Source of the DNA: an uncultured Gammaproteobacteria bacterium
Lineage (GTDB): Bacteria > Patescibacteriota > Microgenomatia > JAMCZE01
DNA length: 58,566 nt
NCBI GenBank assembly: GCA_964431075.1
Contig: CAYSID010000001.1
Location: 1 to 58,566 of the forward strand
Direction: 5' to 3'
Under the pieces are notes generated by a model. The model did not search any database. It was given only the letters and a program-made list of their open reading frames with translations, and had not been told where the DNA came from. Both the position numbers and the translations under genes were made by a program. Shown piece by piece: positions 35,419-44,763 of this stretch; within the stretch, counting starts at the first letter, position 1, and the number at the start of each line of letters is the position of its first letter.

Positions 35419-36703
35419 AGCCCTTGTCTTTAATCATATCACGAATCCCGTCAGCTGTTTTGAAATCTTTATTTTTTCGAGCCGATTCTCTTTCATCCAA
35501 CAGCTTTTTTATTTCCTCGGGAATTTCTTTTTCAAAAATAAAAAAATCAAAAAGGGAATTCAGTTCCAAAAACAATTTAAGGGTGTTTTCTCCGCCCCTA
35601 AATCCCCGGATAAAACTAAAAATCAAAGCAATCGCCTTCGGCGTATCAAAATCATTGTCTAAATTTTCAATGATTTCACCGCGTAATTTGTTTACCGTTT
35701 CAAAATCGTCTTTTAAACCCTTGTTAATCTTCAGAGTAAAATCGTCAAGCCTCTGCAAGGCATTTTTTGATTGTTCCAAACTGTTTTCACTCCATTCCAG
35801 AGTTGTGCGATAGTGGTTCGAAATAAAGAAAAATCTTAATAACCGGTAGCCGTATTTTTCCAGCGCGTCGCGCATGGAAGTAAAATTTCCCCGGCTTTTA
35901 GACATTTTGCTGGCATTCATATTTAAAAAGGCTCCATGAAGCCAATAACGGACAAGGGGCGATTTTCCCGAAGCTGATTCCATTTGGGCAATTTCGGCCT
36001 CATGATGCGGAAAAATCAGATCAATCGCTCCTCCATGGATATCATACTGCTGCCCTAAAAGCGTCTCGGTAATGGCGGTATCTTCAATGTGCCAGCCCGG
36101 CCGGCCCCTTCCCAACTCTGTTTCCCAAAAGGGTTCACCCGGTTCGGATAGTTTCCAAAGACAAAAATCGTTTTTATTTTTTTTGTCATGACTTTCATCG
36201 ATCCTGGATACGCCAGCATCATGATCCGCTTTTGTCCGTCCGGAAAGTCTGCCGTAGTTGGGGAACTTTTTATTATCAAAATAAATTCCGTCCGATGTCT
36301 GATAACCAAAGCCCTTTTTCACAAGTATTTTTACCTGCTTTACAATCTGATCCATGTATTTTGTCGCTTGAGCGTATTGGCTTACCGCCGTGTTATGCAT
36401 CGCCTGCATATCCTCTAAAAAAGCTTTTTCGAATTCATTTGCCAGTTTTTCCCAATCCATTTTCCGCTCCCGCGATCTTTTAATAATCTTGTCATCAATA
36501 TTCGTGATATTCATAACATATCGGACATCGAAGCCGCGAAACCGCAGGTATCTGACCATAAAATCGAACTGGGTATAAGTTTTCGCGTTGCCAATATGGG
36601 CAAAATCATAAACTGTCGGCCCGCAAACAAACATTTTTACCCGCGGCGGATTGATCGGCACAAACTCTTCAATCTTCCTGGTCAATGTGTTGTAAAGTTT
36701 CAT
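35390..36703 (-). CDS. cysS: Cysteinyl-tRNA synthetase
   Basis: Start taken at MKLYNTLTRK (36703). HIGH motif (AHIGNA), KMSKS (SKMSKSRGN) and WH.ED. Confidence 0.92.
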   Translation of the reverse strand: MKLYNTLTRKIEEFVPINPPRVKMFVCGPTVYDFAHIGNAKTYTQFDFMVRYLRFRGFDVRYVMNITNIDDKIIKRSRERKMDWEKLANEFEKAFLEDMQAMHNTAVSQYAQATKYMDQIVKQVKILVKKGFGYQTSDGIYFDNKKFPNYGRLSGRTKADHDAGVSRIDESHDKKNKNDFCLWKLSEPGEPFWETELGRGRPGWHIEDTAITETLLGQQYDIHGGAIDLIFPHHEAEIAQMESASGKSPLVRYWLHGAFLNMNASKMSKSRGNFTSMRDALEKYGYRLLRFFFISNHYRTTLEWSENSLEQSKNALQRLDDFTLKINKGLKDDFETVNKLRGEIIENLDNDFDTPKAIALIFSFIRGFRGGENTLKLFLELNSLFDFFIFEKEIPEEIKKLLDERESARKNKDFKTADGIRDMIKDKGYDVSDPKIS

Positions 36704-36707
36704 GATC

Positions 36708-37325
36708 TTAGTATACCCTAAATTTTTCAAATTTAAATAAACCTTGGTTCAGTTTCAATTTCTGCGACTTAAATTTCTCTAAAACTGCCCTCTTTTGAGC
36801 CGCCGTTTGTTCGATATTATTTTTCAGATTGGCTTTCTCGGGATTGTAAAGATAAATCTTCGGCTGGCGGAGAGGGTGACGGGTTTTGGCCGGCAGAGTT
36901 GCGTCAATCAAAGCAATATCCAAGACGGCGTGGGCCAGCGTCCGGTGATCGGGATGGTAGTCGTCATGAACCACATGCTGACGGAGGGGGTCAAAGCTGA
37001 AAACCACCTCCGGCCTGATTCGAGAAAAGATTTTGCGCAGTTTATGTTTTAACTTTTTGGCATTATTCTCAAGCTCCCCATCGGCAAAATCCAAAAAAAA
37101 GACCTTTTTTACCTTCATCAGGGCCGCCGTCGCCCGCTGTTCGGCCTTTCTGATTCTGACAAGATTGCGTTTCCAAAAACGGTCGTGGTAACCGTTCCGG
37201 CCGTCGGTGGCCACCAGAAAATAAATCTCGTGTCCCGCCGCCAGCTGCAGCAATGTGCCGGCCGTGTAAAACTCAATATCGTCCGGATGTGCACCGATAG
37301 CCAGAATTTTTAATTTTTTGACCAT
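36708..37325 (-). CDS. PIG-L/LmbE-family deacetylase
   Basis: Start taken at MVKKLKILAIGAHPDDIEF (37325). HPDH motif later. Confidence 0.8.
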   Translation of the reverse strand: MVKKLKILAIGAHPDDIEFYTAGTLLQLAAGHEIYFLVATDGRNGYHDRFWKRNLVRIRKAEQRATAALMKVKKVFFLDFADGELENNAKKLKHKLRKIFSRIRPEVVFSFDPLRQHVVHDDYHPDHRTLAHAVLDIALIDATLPAKTRHPLRQPKIYLYNPEKANLKNNIEQTAAQKRAVLEKFKSQKLKLNQGLFKFEKFRVY

Positions 37326-37403
37326 AAAAAATCCTCCCTTTCGGGAGGCTGTAAACACAAAAACCACACCTCCCATCAGGAAGGACAACAACAGGAAACA
37401 AAA

Positions 37404-37808
37404 TTATTTTTCTTCACTTATTTTATTGTAATGTTTTATCAAAGCTTTGTCAAAGGTCAAAATCTTGCAATTATCAGAAATAGCTTTCTCAATTAAATAA
37501 CAATCAGCAAAGTGAATTTTATTTTCAAAGTAGGTTAGTAATGCTTGTTTTATATATTGTCTTTCTCCCAAATCGATATATGGAGTATTTATAATAACCC
37601 CCATTTTTTCAACAATTTCTGACCGGCTGAACTTGTATTTATTTTCAAGAACATAAATAACTTCGGCGACAATGATAGCCGGGAGCAACAGCTTAACCTT
37701 ATTATTTTTTCCAAAACTTATATATTTAACGGTCTGAGTAAACTGATACTCATCATCACGTAAAAGAAAACGCAAGAGAAAATTAGCGTCAATAAGATAT
37801 GTCTCCAT
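37404..37808 (-). CDS. PIN-domain toxin (VapC-like)
   Basis: 134 aa. YLIDANFLLRFLL N-terminus. Its start abuts and overlaps the antitoxin stop. Confidence 0.8.
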   Translation of the reverse strand: METYLIDANFLLRFLLRDDEYQFTQTVKYISFGKNNKVKLLLPAIIVAEVIYVLENKYKFSRSEIVEKMGVIINTPYIDLGERQYIKQALLTYFENKIHFADCYLIEKAISDNCKILTFDKALIKHYNKISEEK

Positions 37809-38044
37809 TATTTATTCGCCCCAAACGACTTAGCAAAAGCGTCCTTTTCCTCTTTTGCGGTAAATCTATTCTTAGTTTTTAATGTTCCCCCAATGGAAAG
37901 TAAGTCAGGTACCGGAGTTACAATAATATCCTGTCCGGAAACAGTAACTTCCGCATAATCATAAATACCGGTCGGGAATCTGCGCCTGACTTCCACTGGA
38001 AGATAAATCTGATTCTGGCTGGTAATTGCAACTGTATAACTCAT
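37808..38044 (-). CDS. AbrB/SpoVT-family antitoxin (VapB-like)
   Basis: 78 aa. ITSQNQIYLPVEVRRRF motif, upstream of the PIN gene. Confidence 0.75.
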   Translation of the reverse strand: MSYTVAITSQNQIYLPVEVRRRFPTGIYDYAEVTVSGQDIIVTPVPDLLSIGGTLKTKNRFTAKEEKDAFAKSFGANK

Positions 38045-38099
38045 GTTACATTAATTAACCCACTTTACATTACTTTTGTCAAGATGCATTAAATTTGCC

Positions 38100-38411
38100 C
38101 TATTCTCCAAGTTTTCTTTCACCGGTTTGACTCGACTTATTGTACATATTTCTGATCGCAAGCGGGGGAAACTTAGGTTTTTGTTTTAATTCTGGCAAAG
38201 GTTTTCGCAACTGTTGTTGGATTTGAGAAATTCTGGCGGCAGCTTGTTTTTGATCTTTGGCAATAAGACCTGGCAACTTCTTCTTTGCCGCCGCGGCGGC
38301 CTGTTGTTGATTTTTTTCTTCCGGCAAAACCTTAGGCCCAATTATTTGCCGCTTCGCCACCCGCAAAAACTCACCCGGAATTTCAAAAATATTTTGAACA
38401 ATTTTTTGCAT
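38100..38411 (-). CDS. Hypothetical basic Q/K/A-rich protein
   Basis: Start taken at MQKIVQNIF (38411), adjacent to the DUF59 stop. Low-complexity QQAAAAAKKK stretch. Confidence 0.45.
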   Translation of the reverse strand: MQKIVQNIFEIPGEFLRVAKRQIIGPKVLPEEKNQQQAAAAAKKKLPGLIAKDQKQAAARISQIQQQLRKPLPELKQKPKFPPLAIRNMYNKSSQTGERKLGE

Positions 38412-38412
38412 A

Positions 38413-38691
38413 TTAAAAACCCAGCGCCTTTCTCGTTTCTTCGTCAACTTTTGATGGATTCCACGGCGGGTCAAAAGTAATTTCTACCGCGACGTCTTTT
38501 CCCAGCTCGTTTTTGATCATCGCCTCAAACATCGGCCCGAACGGGCAACCCGGCGTGGTTAGAGTCATAACGATTTTTGTCTTGTTCTTTTCTGTTTCGA
38601 TTTTATAGACCAACCCCAGCGAGACAATGTCCACCCCCAACTCCGGATCAATAACATTTTTCAGTTTTTCTAATATATTCTTTTTAGTCAT
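38413..38691 (-). CDS. DUF59 / MIP18-family Fe-S cluster assembly protein (SufT-like)
   Basis: 92 aa. L..V.DPELGVDIVSLGLVY......TLTTPGCP. Confidence 0.85.
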   Translation of the reverse strand: MTKKNILEKLKNVIDPELGVDIVSLGLVYKIETEKNKTKIVMTLTTPGCPFGPMFEAMIKNELGKDVAVEITFDPPWNPSKVDEETRKALGF

Positions 38692-39292
38692 ATAACCTTC
38701 TCCCCTCCATCGCCCGATTCAGAGTAGTCTCGTCGGCGTATTGTAAATCCCCGCCAATGGGCAACCCCACCCCAAGTCTCGTCACTTTTAACTTTTCACT
38801 TTTACCTTTTAACTTTTTGTTGAGGTACATCGCCGTTGCTTCCCCTTCCATAGTAGGGTTTAGGGCCAAAATAACCTCCAGTCCCTCTCCCCCAGCCCCT
38901 AACCGCTTTATTAAATCATCAATGTACAGCTCTTCCGGACCAATATTGTGTAACGGGTCAATCACCCCGTGCAAAACATGATAAAGCCCTTCGTACCGGC
39001 CGCTTTTTTCCAGACTGAAAACATCCAACGGCGTCTCTACAACACAAATTATATTTTTATTTCTCTGATTATCGGAACAAATATCACAGACATTTTTATC
39101 CGAAATATTTTTACATATTTGACATAAAAAAATGTCTTTTTTCAAACTTGCCAATGAATTGGAAAACAGTTCCAGCTCCGAATCGGGAACGTGAAGCAAA
39201 TAAAAAGCCAGCCGTTCGGCGGTCCTGGGTCCAACCCCCGGCAACCGCTCGAAAGCATCAATGAGATTCTGTATCTGACGCGGAAATGACAT
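38684..39292 (-). CDS. recR: Recombination protein RecR
   Basis: Start at MSFPRQIQNLIDAFERLPGVGPRTAERLAF. C4 zinc finger (CQIC...CDIC) and Toprim region. Confidence 0.92.
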   Translation of the reverse strand: MSFPRQIQNLIDAFERLPGVGPRTAERLAFYLLHVPDSELELFSNSLASLKKDIFLCQICKNISDKNVCDICSDNQRNKNIICVVETPLDVFSLEKSGRYEGLYHVLHGVIDPLHNIGPEELYIDDLIKRLGAGGEGLEVILALNPTMEGEATAMYLNKKLKGKSEKLKVTRLGVGLPIGGDLQYADETTLNRAMEGRRLYD

Positions 39293-39296
39293 AATC

Positions 39297-39593
39297 CTAC
39301 ATCTGCCCACCTGCTCCGGCAAGATTTTGCAATTGGCTCGCAGCTACCTTTTGCGACTTGTAAATGACATCAGACAGAGCCGCTTCCAATTCAAAGTCCC
39401 TAACCCCATCAAAGCTGACTTCCAGCACTTTCTGGTCACCCGTCAAAACAATTTTTAAAAGGCCGCGCGCTGTCTGCTTAGTCGTTTCGACCTGTTGGCT
39501 TGCCAACTTTTGCTGGATTGCCATGGCCTGTTGGCGCATTTGATTTAAGTCCCCGAGCTGCTTTAAACCGTCAAACATTCCCATAAAATTCAC
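39297..39593 (-). CDS. ybaB: YbaB/EbfC-family nucleoid-associated protein
   Basis: 98 aa. QMRQQAMAIQQKL...V......G.....V.G, in the dnaX-ybaB-recR gene order. Confidence 0.85.
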   Translation of the reverse strand: MNFMGMFDGLKQLGDLNQMRQQAMAIQQKLASQQVETTKQTARGLLKIVLTGDQKVLEVSFDGVRDFELEAALSDVIYKSQKVAASQLQNLAGAGGQM

Positions 39594-39596
39594 CCC

Positions 39597-40883
39597 CTAT
39601 TGCTTTATATATTTTACTCTCAACTTGTCTCCCATAATCTCCTCCAATATTTTTTCCACGGTTTCAATATTTTTCTGCTCCGAAAGTTTATCCAAATGGA
39701 ATTTATAGTTTACTCCAATCAACAAGGTTTTACCAGAGAGCCCGATTGGTTTTGCGCCACGCAAAACCGCAGACAAACTGTGATTGTACGGTCTAGTTTT
39801 TTCTAAAAGATCCTTCCATTTCGCCCCCCCGAAATCTGCCGTAGCTGGCACCCTGTCTTCGACTTTTTTAACTTCCTGGACTTTTTCAACCTTAATATCG
39901 AGCCATTCAATAAACGCTAATTCCAAAGGAATTTTTTGCTCGACAGCCCCCCTTAAATCTTTGTATGCTTGGTCAAGCTTCTCCAAAAGGTTTTTGAGTT
40001 CGGTAATGGATAAATTTGTCCGCGGTTTATTATCGAAAATATTTAATTTTATCAACAAATCCTCGTGCAGAATTTTGACCAGCTGTTCGATAAACTCTTT
40101 CACCGGCAACTGCGCCGATTCCAACCATTCGACAATTTTTTTTCTGTCGCGAAAACCCAATAACTCGATAAATTCCGGGAGGTTCTTTATTTTTGCCATA
40201 GTAATATCCTGACCGGCGGCCACCTGTTCAAGAAGTTTATGGGCGTCGCGAAACGAACCATCCGCTGCCTTGGCAATTTCTAAAATTTTTTCTTCGCTAA
40301 CCGCCAGCCCTTCTCCCCTAACCGCTCGCTCAATCGCTCTGGTTATTTCCGAAATAGTCCCACGGCCGAAATCAAAAATCTGACACCGCGACCTGACTGT
40401 GTCAGGCAGTTTTTGCGGGTCCGTTGTTGCCAAAACAAAGACCACGTGACCGGGCGGTTCCTCCAAGGTCTTTAACAGCGCGTTAAAAGCCGAGTTTGAC
40501 AACATGTGAACCTCGTCAATTATGTAAATTTTAAATTTCGAGTTTGAGGGGGCAAGCTTTATCTTTTCTCTAAGATCGCGAATGTCCTCCACCCCGGTGT
40601 TAGACGCGGCGTCAATTTCAATGACATCTAAATTGGAATTATTGGCGATTGTTTGACAAACATTGCACCGATTGCACGGTTCTTCCCCGGATTTTCTTTT
40701 TTCACAGTTTAGACATTTGGCAATCAGCCGGGCCATCGAAGTTTTGCCTACCCCTTTGCCCCCAATTAATAAATAGGCCGAAGCAAACTTATTGGAAAGA
40801 ATTGATTTTCCAAGACTTTCGCGTATTATTTCTCTATCAATATCCTCAACTTTCTGCGGCCGGTATTTGTTATAAAACATCAT
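39597..40883 (-). CDS. dnaX: DNA polymerase III subunit gamma/tau
   Basis: Start near MMFYNKYRPQK. Walker A GGKGVGKTS, zinc module CNRCNVC, IIDEVHMLS, SRC motif (VRSRCQ). Confidence 0.9.
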   Translation of the reverse strand: MMFYNKYRPQKVEDIDREIIRESLGKSILSNKFASAYLLIGGKGVGKTSMARLIAKCLNCEKRKSGEEPCNRCNVCQTIANNSNLDVIEIDAASNTGVEDIRDLREKIKLAPSNSKFKIYIIDEVHMLSNSAFNALLKTLEEPPGHVVFVLATTDPQKLPDTVRSRCQIFDFGRGTISEITRAIERAVRGEGLAVSEEKILEIAKAADGSFRDAHKLLEQVAAGQDITMAKIKNLPEFIELLGFRDRKKIVEWLESAQLPVKEFIEQLVKILHEDLLIKLNIFDNKPRTNLSITELKNLLEKLDQAYKDLRGAVEQKIPLELAFIEWLDIKVEKVQEVKKVEDRVPATADFGGAKWKDLLEKTRPYNHSLSAVLRGAKPIGLSGKTLLIGVNYKFHLDKLSEQKNIETVEKILEEIMGDKLRVKYIKQ

Positions 40884-41262
40884 GGTGTTCTCCCAATAAG
40901 TGTAACACGCCATGACAGGCAAGTTCAGCTAGCACTTGGTCGATCAATTTATTTTCCTCCATAGCCAATTCGCGGGCCAAAGGAAAACAAATAATGACGT
41001 CGCCGAGGTGAAAAAGTCCGTCGGGATAATCCACAAAGCCCTTTTTTGCCTCGGCATAAGGAAAAGATAGAACCTCGTGATCCTCAAGCGCTTTCAAATA
41101 CCGCCGGGAAAGTTCGCGAACTTTCCGCCGGCCGCAAACATAGATGGAAACCGCGGCGTTTTCTTTTAAGCCCTTGGCGCCAAGAAGTTTCTCCACTTCA
41201 GAAATAATAAATTTCCTCCCCACCGGATATCTTGATTGACAATTAACCGTTATCTCGAACAT
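40870..41262 (-). CDS. ybeY: rRNA maturation RNase YbeY
   Basis: 130 aa. HGVLHLLGEHH zinc-binding motif. Confidence 0.85.
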   Translation of the reverse strand: MFEITVNCQSRYPVGRKFIISEVEKLLGAKGLKENAAVSIYVCGRRKVRELSRRYLKALEDHEVLSFPYAEAKKGFVDYPDGLFHLGDVIICFPLARELAMEENKLIDQVLAELACHGVLHLLGEHHDVL

Positions 41263-41677
41263 ATTTTGAAACTATAGCCCCATCGGCTTTGCCTTTAAGT
41301 TCAGCCATGGCCAGTTTCATCAGAGTCCCAAAATCCGCCCCCGGGTTGCTTTGACTAATCACTTTTATCTTATTTCTTATTTCCTCGTCTGTTAATTGTT
41401 TTGGCAAATATGACGACAAAATCTCGAGTTCTGCCTGTTCTTTATTGACCAAGTCTTGACGTCCTCCCTTGCCGAACATCTCGATGGATTCTTTATGGGT
41501 TTTAACCTGCCGGTTTAAGACTAAAATCAAATCATCATCAGTTAAAACATAATCTCGGCCTTTTTCAATCTGCAAATTAAAGGCCGCCCCCAACAAAAAC
41601 CGAAGGCAATTAACCTTAATTTGGTCGCGATCACGCACCGCCTGATTTAAATCCGCCTGAATTTTATCTAGCAACAC
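41243..41677 (-). CDS. GatB/YqeY domain-containing protein
   Basis: 144 aa, GTG start. LRFLLGA....E......L.DD....VL...VK...ES......GGR.DL...E..E...L..YLP. Confidence 0.8.
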   Translation of the reverse strand: MLLDKIQADLNQAVRDRDQIKVNCLRFLLGAAFNLQIEKGRDYVLTDDDLILVLNRQVKTHKESIEMFGKGGRQDLVNKEQAELEILSSYLPKQLTDEEIRNKIKVISQSNPGADFGTLMKLAMAELKGKADGAIVSKYVRDNG

Positions 41678-41680
41678 AGC

Positions 41681-41755
41681 AGTTCATTGTAGAATTACGT
41701 TCATTGTTCATCGTCTCGCGTTCTACCATAAACTATGAACTTCGTCTACTATCAA
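41681..41755 (+). repeat. GTTCATTGTAGAA-family repeat, copy 3 (composite forward plus inverted units)
   Basis: AGTTCATTGTAGAATTACGTTCATTGTTCAT...TTCTACCATAAACTATGAAC TTCGTCTACTATCAAC fills the whole rpsU-yqeY intergenic gap. Confidence 0.8.
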
Positions 41756-41756
41756 C

Positions 41757-41945
41757 TTAGTATATCCTCTTTTGCTTTTTTGCCTTCTTAATGGCAGATG
41801 TCTTGGCTTTTTTGATAAGAGCAGGCTTTTGATAGTATTCGTGCTTTTTAAGTTCTTCCAAGATATCTTCATTAAAAACCTTCTTCTGGAAAGCTCGGAT
41901 CACCGCGTCAGACGACTGGCCCGGCTGGGCTTTAACCATTACCAT
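41757..41945 (-). CDS. rpsU: 30S ribosomal protein S21
   Basis: 62 aa. ...AIRAFQKKV..E.IL.ELKKHEYY.KP, with a basic tail. Confidence 0.88.
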   Translation of the reverse strand: MVMVKAQPGQSSDAVIRAFQKKVFNEDILEELKKHEYYQKPALIKKAKTSAIKKAKKQKRIY

Positions 41946-41948
41946 AAT

Positions 41949-42275
41949 TTATACACCCCTTTCGACACCTACCTCTCCCAAAAGGTGAAAGTGTAAATGG
42001 GGTACGGCCTTCGCCGTTCCCCCATTTATAGATATTCTGTATCCCACTGTTTCCATCTTCATTTCTTTAATTAAATCCAAAATTTTATTTTTTATTTTTA
42101 TTATTAATTCATCGGTAATTTCTAAAAAATCCCCGATATGTTTTTTGGGGATAATGAGCAAATGGATTTTTGCCTTCGGGTCGATTGACGGAAAAACAGC
42201 AATCTCCCCGTCCTGATAAACAAACTCTGCCGGTAATTCTCCTTTAATAATCTTGCAAAATATGCAGCTACCCAT
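41949..42275 (-). CDS. HIT-family protein
   Basis: 108 aa. CIFCKII.GE.P, and histidine triad HLHFHLLG. Confidence 0.88.
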   Translation of the reverse strand: MGSCIFCKIIKGELPAEFVYQDGEIAVFPSIDPKAKIHLLIIPKKHIGDFLEITDELIIKIKNKILDLIKEMKMETVGYRISINGGTAKAVPHLHFHLLGEVGVERGV

Positions 42276-42286
42276 ACCTTTGCATT

Positions 42287-43543
42287 CTATCCTTTTTCGT
42301 CAACCAGGGCAAGGTGAGGAAAATCAACTAATTTAGTTTCTTTTTCTCCCCGTTTTTTTACTTCAATTTTATCCCCTGTCCTATCAGAAACAACAAGGCG
42401 GTAGGGACAGCCGATTAAATCGGCGTCAGCGAATTTTTCCCCAACAGAGATGTCTCTGTCATCAATTAAAACTTCGACTCCTAAGTCTAATAATTGATTA
42501 TAAATTTTTTCTGTTTTCTCACTAATCCCTAACCCCTGCCTGCCGGCAGGCATGGCCTTCCCGCAAACCCCTATTAGGTGGTATTTAAAGGGAGCAACGC
42601 TTTCCGGCCAAATGATTCCTTTATCGTCATGGAAAACCTCCACCACCGCCCCCATAACCCGTGTGGGACCGATACCGTAAGATCCGAACCAAACCGGTTT
42701 CCTCGTCCCATCGGAGTCGGTAAATACCACCCCCATTTTTTCACTGTAATAAGTCCCGAAACCAAAAATATTACCCACTTCAATTGATGAGACTTTCTTA
42801 TATTTATTTTCATCCCCCTCAAAAATTTCTCTATTAATTCCTAACCCTGTTTGAGGATCGATATAAATAGTGTCTTCCCCCGACGGGGCTTCGACTTGAA
42901 ATTCGTGGGTGTGATTAGTAGTAAACACTCCCCCGCTGGCTTCAGTCACAATGGCCTTTAAACCGATTCTCTCAAAAATTTTTATATAGGCCTGCTTTAC
43001 AGCATTGTAATAATCTGTAAAATCTTCTTCTGTCGCATGCAAACTGTAGAGATCTTTCATCATAAACTCCCGGCCCCGCAAAATCCCCCCGGTTGCCCGA
43101 GGTTCGTTTCTGAATTTTGTGGAAAAATGGTAGATTTTTACCGGCAAATCAAGATGTGATTCCAAGTGTTTGCGCGCCAAGTCTAAAACGATTTCTTCAT
43201 GAGTAAAAGCCAGTCCCAAATCTTTTTCGCGGGAGTCTTTAAGCTGGTACATTATTTCTTTAGCGCTTTCCCATCTACCGGTTTCCTTCCAGATTTCATC
43301 GGGATGCATCAGGGGCATTAAAACCTCTTGCGCGCCGGTGGCATTCATTTCCTCACGGATTATTTGGTTAATTTTATTAACCACCCGCCAACCGAGCGGC
43401 AAAAGGGTCCACGACCCGGCCATGAGCTGATCAATAAAACCAGCACGGACCAGAAGTTGATGGTTCACGGCGACTGCCTCCCTTGGCGTCTCCTTTTTGG
43501 TTTTGGGAAATAACTGGCTTTGCTTCATTTCCTTATTACTCAA
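42287..43543 (-). CDS. proS: Prolyl-tRNA synthetase (short form without INS editing domain)
   Basis: 418 aa. Class II motif 2 FRNEPRATGGILRGREFMMKD, motif 3 GIGPTR, C-terminal anticodon-binding domain. Contains the 16-bp palindrome at 42537..42552. Confidence 0.9.
   Translation of the reverse strand: MSNKEMKQSQLFPKTKKETPREAVAVNHQLLVRAGFIDQLMAGSWTLLPLGWRVVNKINQIIREEMNATGAQEVLMPLMHPDEIWKETGRWESAKEIMYQLKDSREKDLGLAFTHEEIVLDLARKHLESHLDLPVKIYHFSTKFRNEPRATGGILRGREFMMKDLYSLHATEEDFTDYYNAVKQAYIKIFERIGLKAIVTEASGGVFTTNHTHEFQVEAPSGEDTIYIDPQTGLGINREIFEGDENKYKKVSSIEVGNIFGFGTYYSEKMGVVFTDSDGTRKPVWFGSYGIGPTRVMGAVVEVFHDDKGIIWPESVAPFKYHLIGVCGKAMPAGRQGLGISEKTEKIYNQLLDLGVEVLIDDRDISVGEKFADADLIGCPYRLVVSDRTGDKIEVKKRGEKETKLVDFPHLALVDEKG
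42537..42552. repeat. Perfect 16-bp palindrome TGCCTGCCGGCAGGCA inside the proS coding sequence
   Basis: Read directly. Translated on the minus strand as MPAGRQG. A second copy lies at 53088..53103. Confidence 0.9.
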
Positions 43544-43548
43544 TTATA

Positions 43549-44718
43549 TTATTTTTTCGGCCATAATGGGGTGAGAAATTTCATGACGTCAAAGTAGGAA
43601 ACTAAAACCATCACCCCAAGAAGAATTACCATTCCCGCTTGATGAACCCGGGTTTCCCATTTCAGGGGAATTTTTTTGCCGGTTGCGGCTTCCAGTAATA
43701 AAAACGCCAGCCGGCCGCCGTCCAGCGCCGGAAAAGGAAAAATGTTCATAAATGCCAAGGACAGTCCAAGCAGTCCGATTAAATTTAACAAATTTAAAAT
43801 TGCCTGTTTGCCTCCAGCTTGCAAAATAATTCCAATAGCATTGCCGATCCCGATTGGTCCGGCCACCCCTTCAGTTACAATACCGGCATCTTTAGTTTTA
43901 ATAGCGGTATCAACAAAACTGCGCAAAACCACAAAATTATAAGCAAACATATCTGCGCCATACTTTAATCCCGAAGCCAATTTATCCTCTCCATAGTCAA
44001 GAATCGCCGCCTCGGCAATGGCAATTCCCAGAGGACCTTGGTTTTGGGGAGGATCAACCCGCGGCACAACCGTCAATTGGCGGCTGTCAGACAGAGTGGT
44101 GTCAGAAATGTCAACCCGCATCGGCTGACCCGCTTTTGATTTAGTATAAAGCTGAAACTGGGTGAACTTCTCAAATTTTTTTCCATCGGCGGAAACAATT
44201 ACATCCCCCGCCTTTAAACCCGCTGTTTCCGCGGGGGTATCCTTATCCACAAAACTGACAACCACCGCCCGATTGGAATCCACCGGACTTATAAATTTGT
44301 ATTCCGCCAAAATTGGCACGAGAACTTTAAATCCGGAAAATAATAAAAATAAGTAAAAAACGGCAAAAGCCAGAAGGGCATTCATCGTCGCCCCGGCCAC
44401 CACCACCCCAATCCGCTTCCCCACGCCAACCTCATAAAAATAATGTCCCTTTACCTTTTGCCCTTTACCCTTTTCCCTCTGTTCTTCTTCACCTAATAAT
44501 TTAACAAACCCCCCAAATAATACCGGGTACAAAGAAACCAACAATCCATCTTTTAATTTTTTTTGCCAAACAGGCTTGGTAAAAGGCAAACCGAGGGCAA
44601 ATTCTTCAACCCCAACCCCGGCAAATCGAGCCATGATAAAATGCCCAAATTCATGCACCAAAACTAAAACCGACAAGACTAAAAGGAAGGTAATCAGGGT
44701 TAAAATCGGCATTCGCAA
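43549..44718 (-). CDS. rseP: RIP metalloprotease RseP (site-2 protease, M50 family) with PDZ
   Basis: 389 aa. HEFGHFIMA zinc motif, PDZ (PAETAGLKAGDVIVSADG), C-terminal NLIGLLGLSLAFMNIFPFPALDGG. Confidence 0.9.
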   Translation of the reverse strand: MRMPILTLITFLLVLSVLVLVHEFGHFIMARFAGVGVEEFALGLPFTKPVWQKKLKDGLLVSLYPVLFGGFVKLLGEEEQREKGKGQKVKGHYFYEVGVGKRIGVVVAGATMNALLAFAVFYLFLLFSGFKVLVPILAEYKFISPVDSNRAVVVSFVDKDTPAETAGLKAGDVIVSADGKKFEKFTQFQLYTKSKAGQPMRVDISDTTLSDSRQLTVVPRVDPPQNQGPLGIAIAEAAILDYGEDKLASGLKYGADMFAYNFVVLRSFVDTAIKTKDAGIVTEGVAGPIGIGNAIGIILQAGGKQAILNLLNLIGLLGLSLAFMNIFPFPALDGGRLAFLLLEAATGKKIPLKWETRVHQAGMVILLGVMVLVSYFDVMKFLTPLWPKK

Positions 44719-44763
44719 AGCAGTTTACCGGAAAGGTCAAACTCCTGTCAATAACGACTTCAG

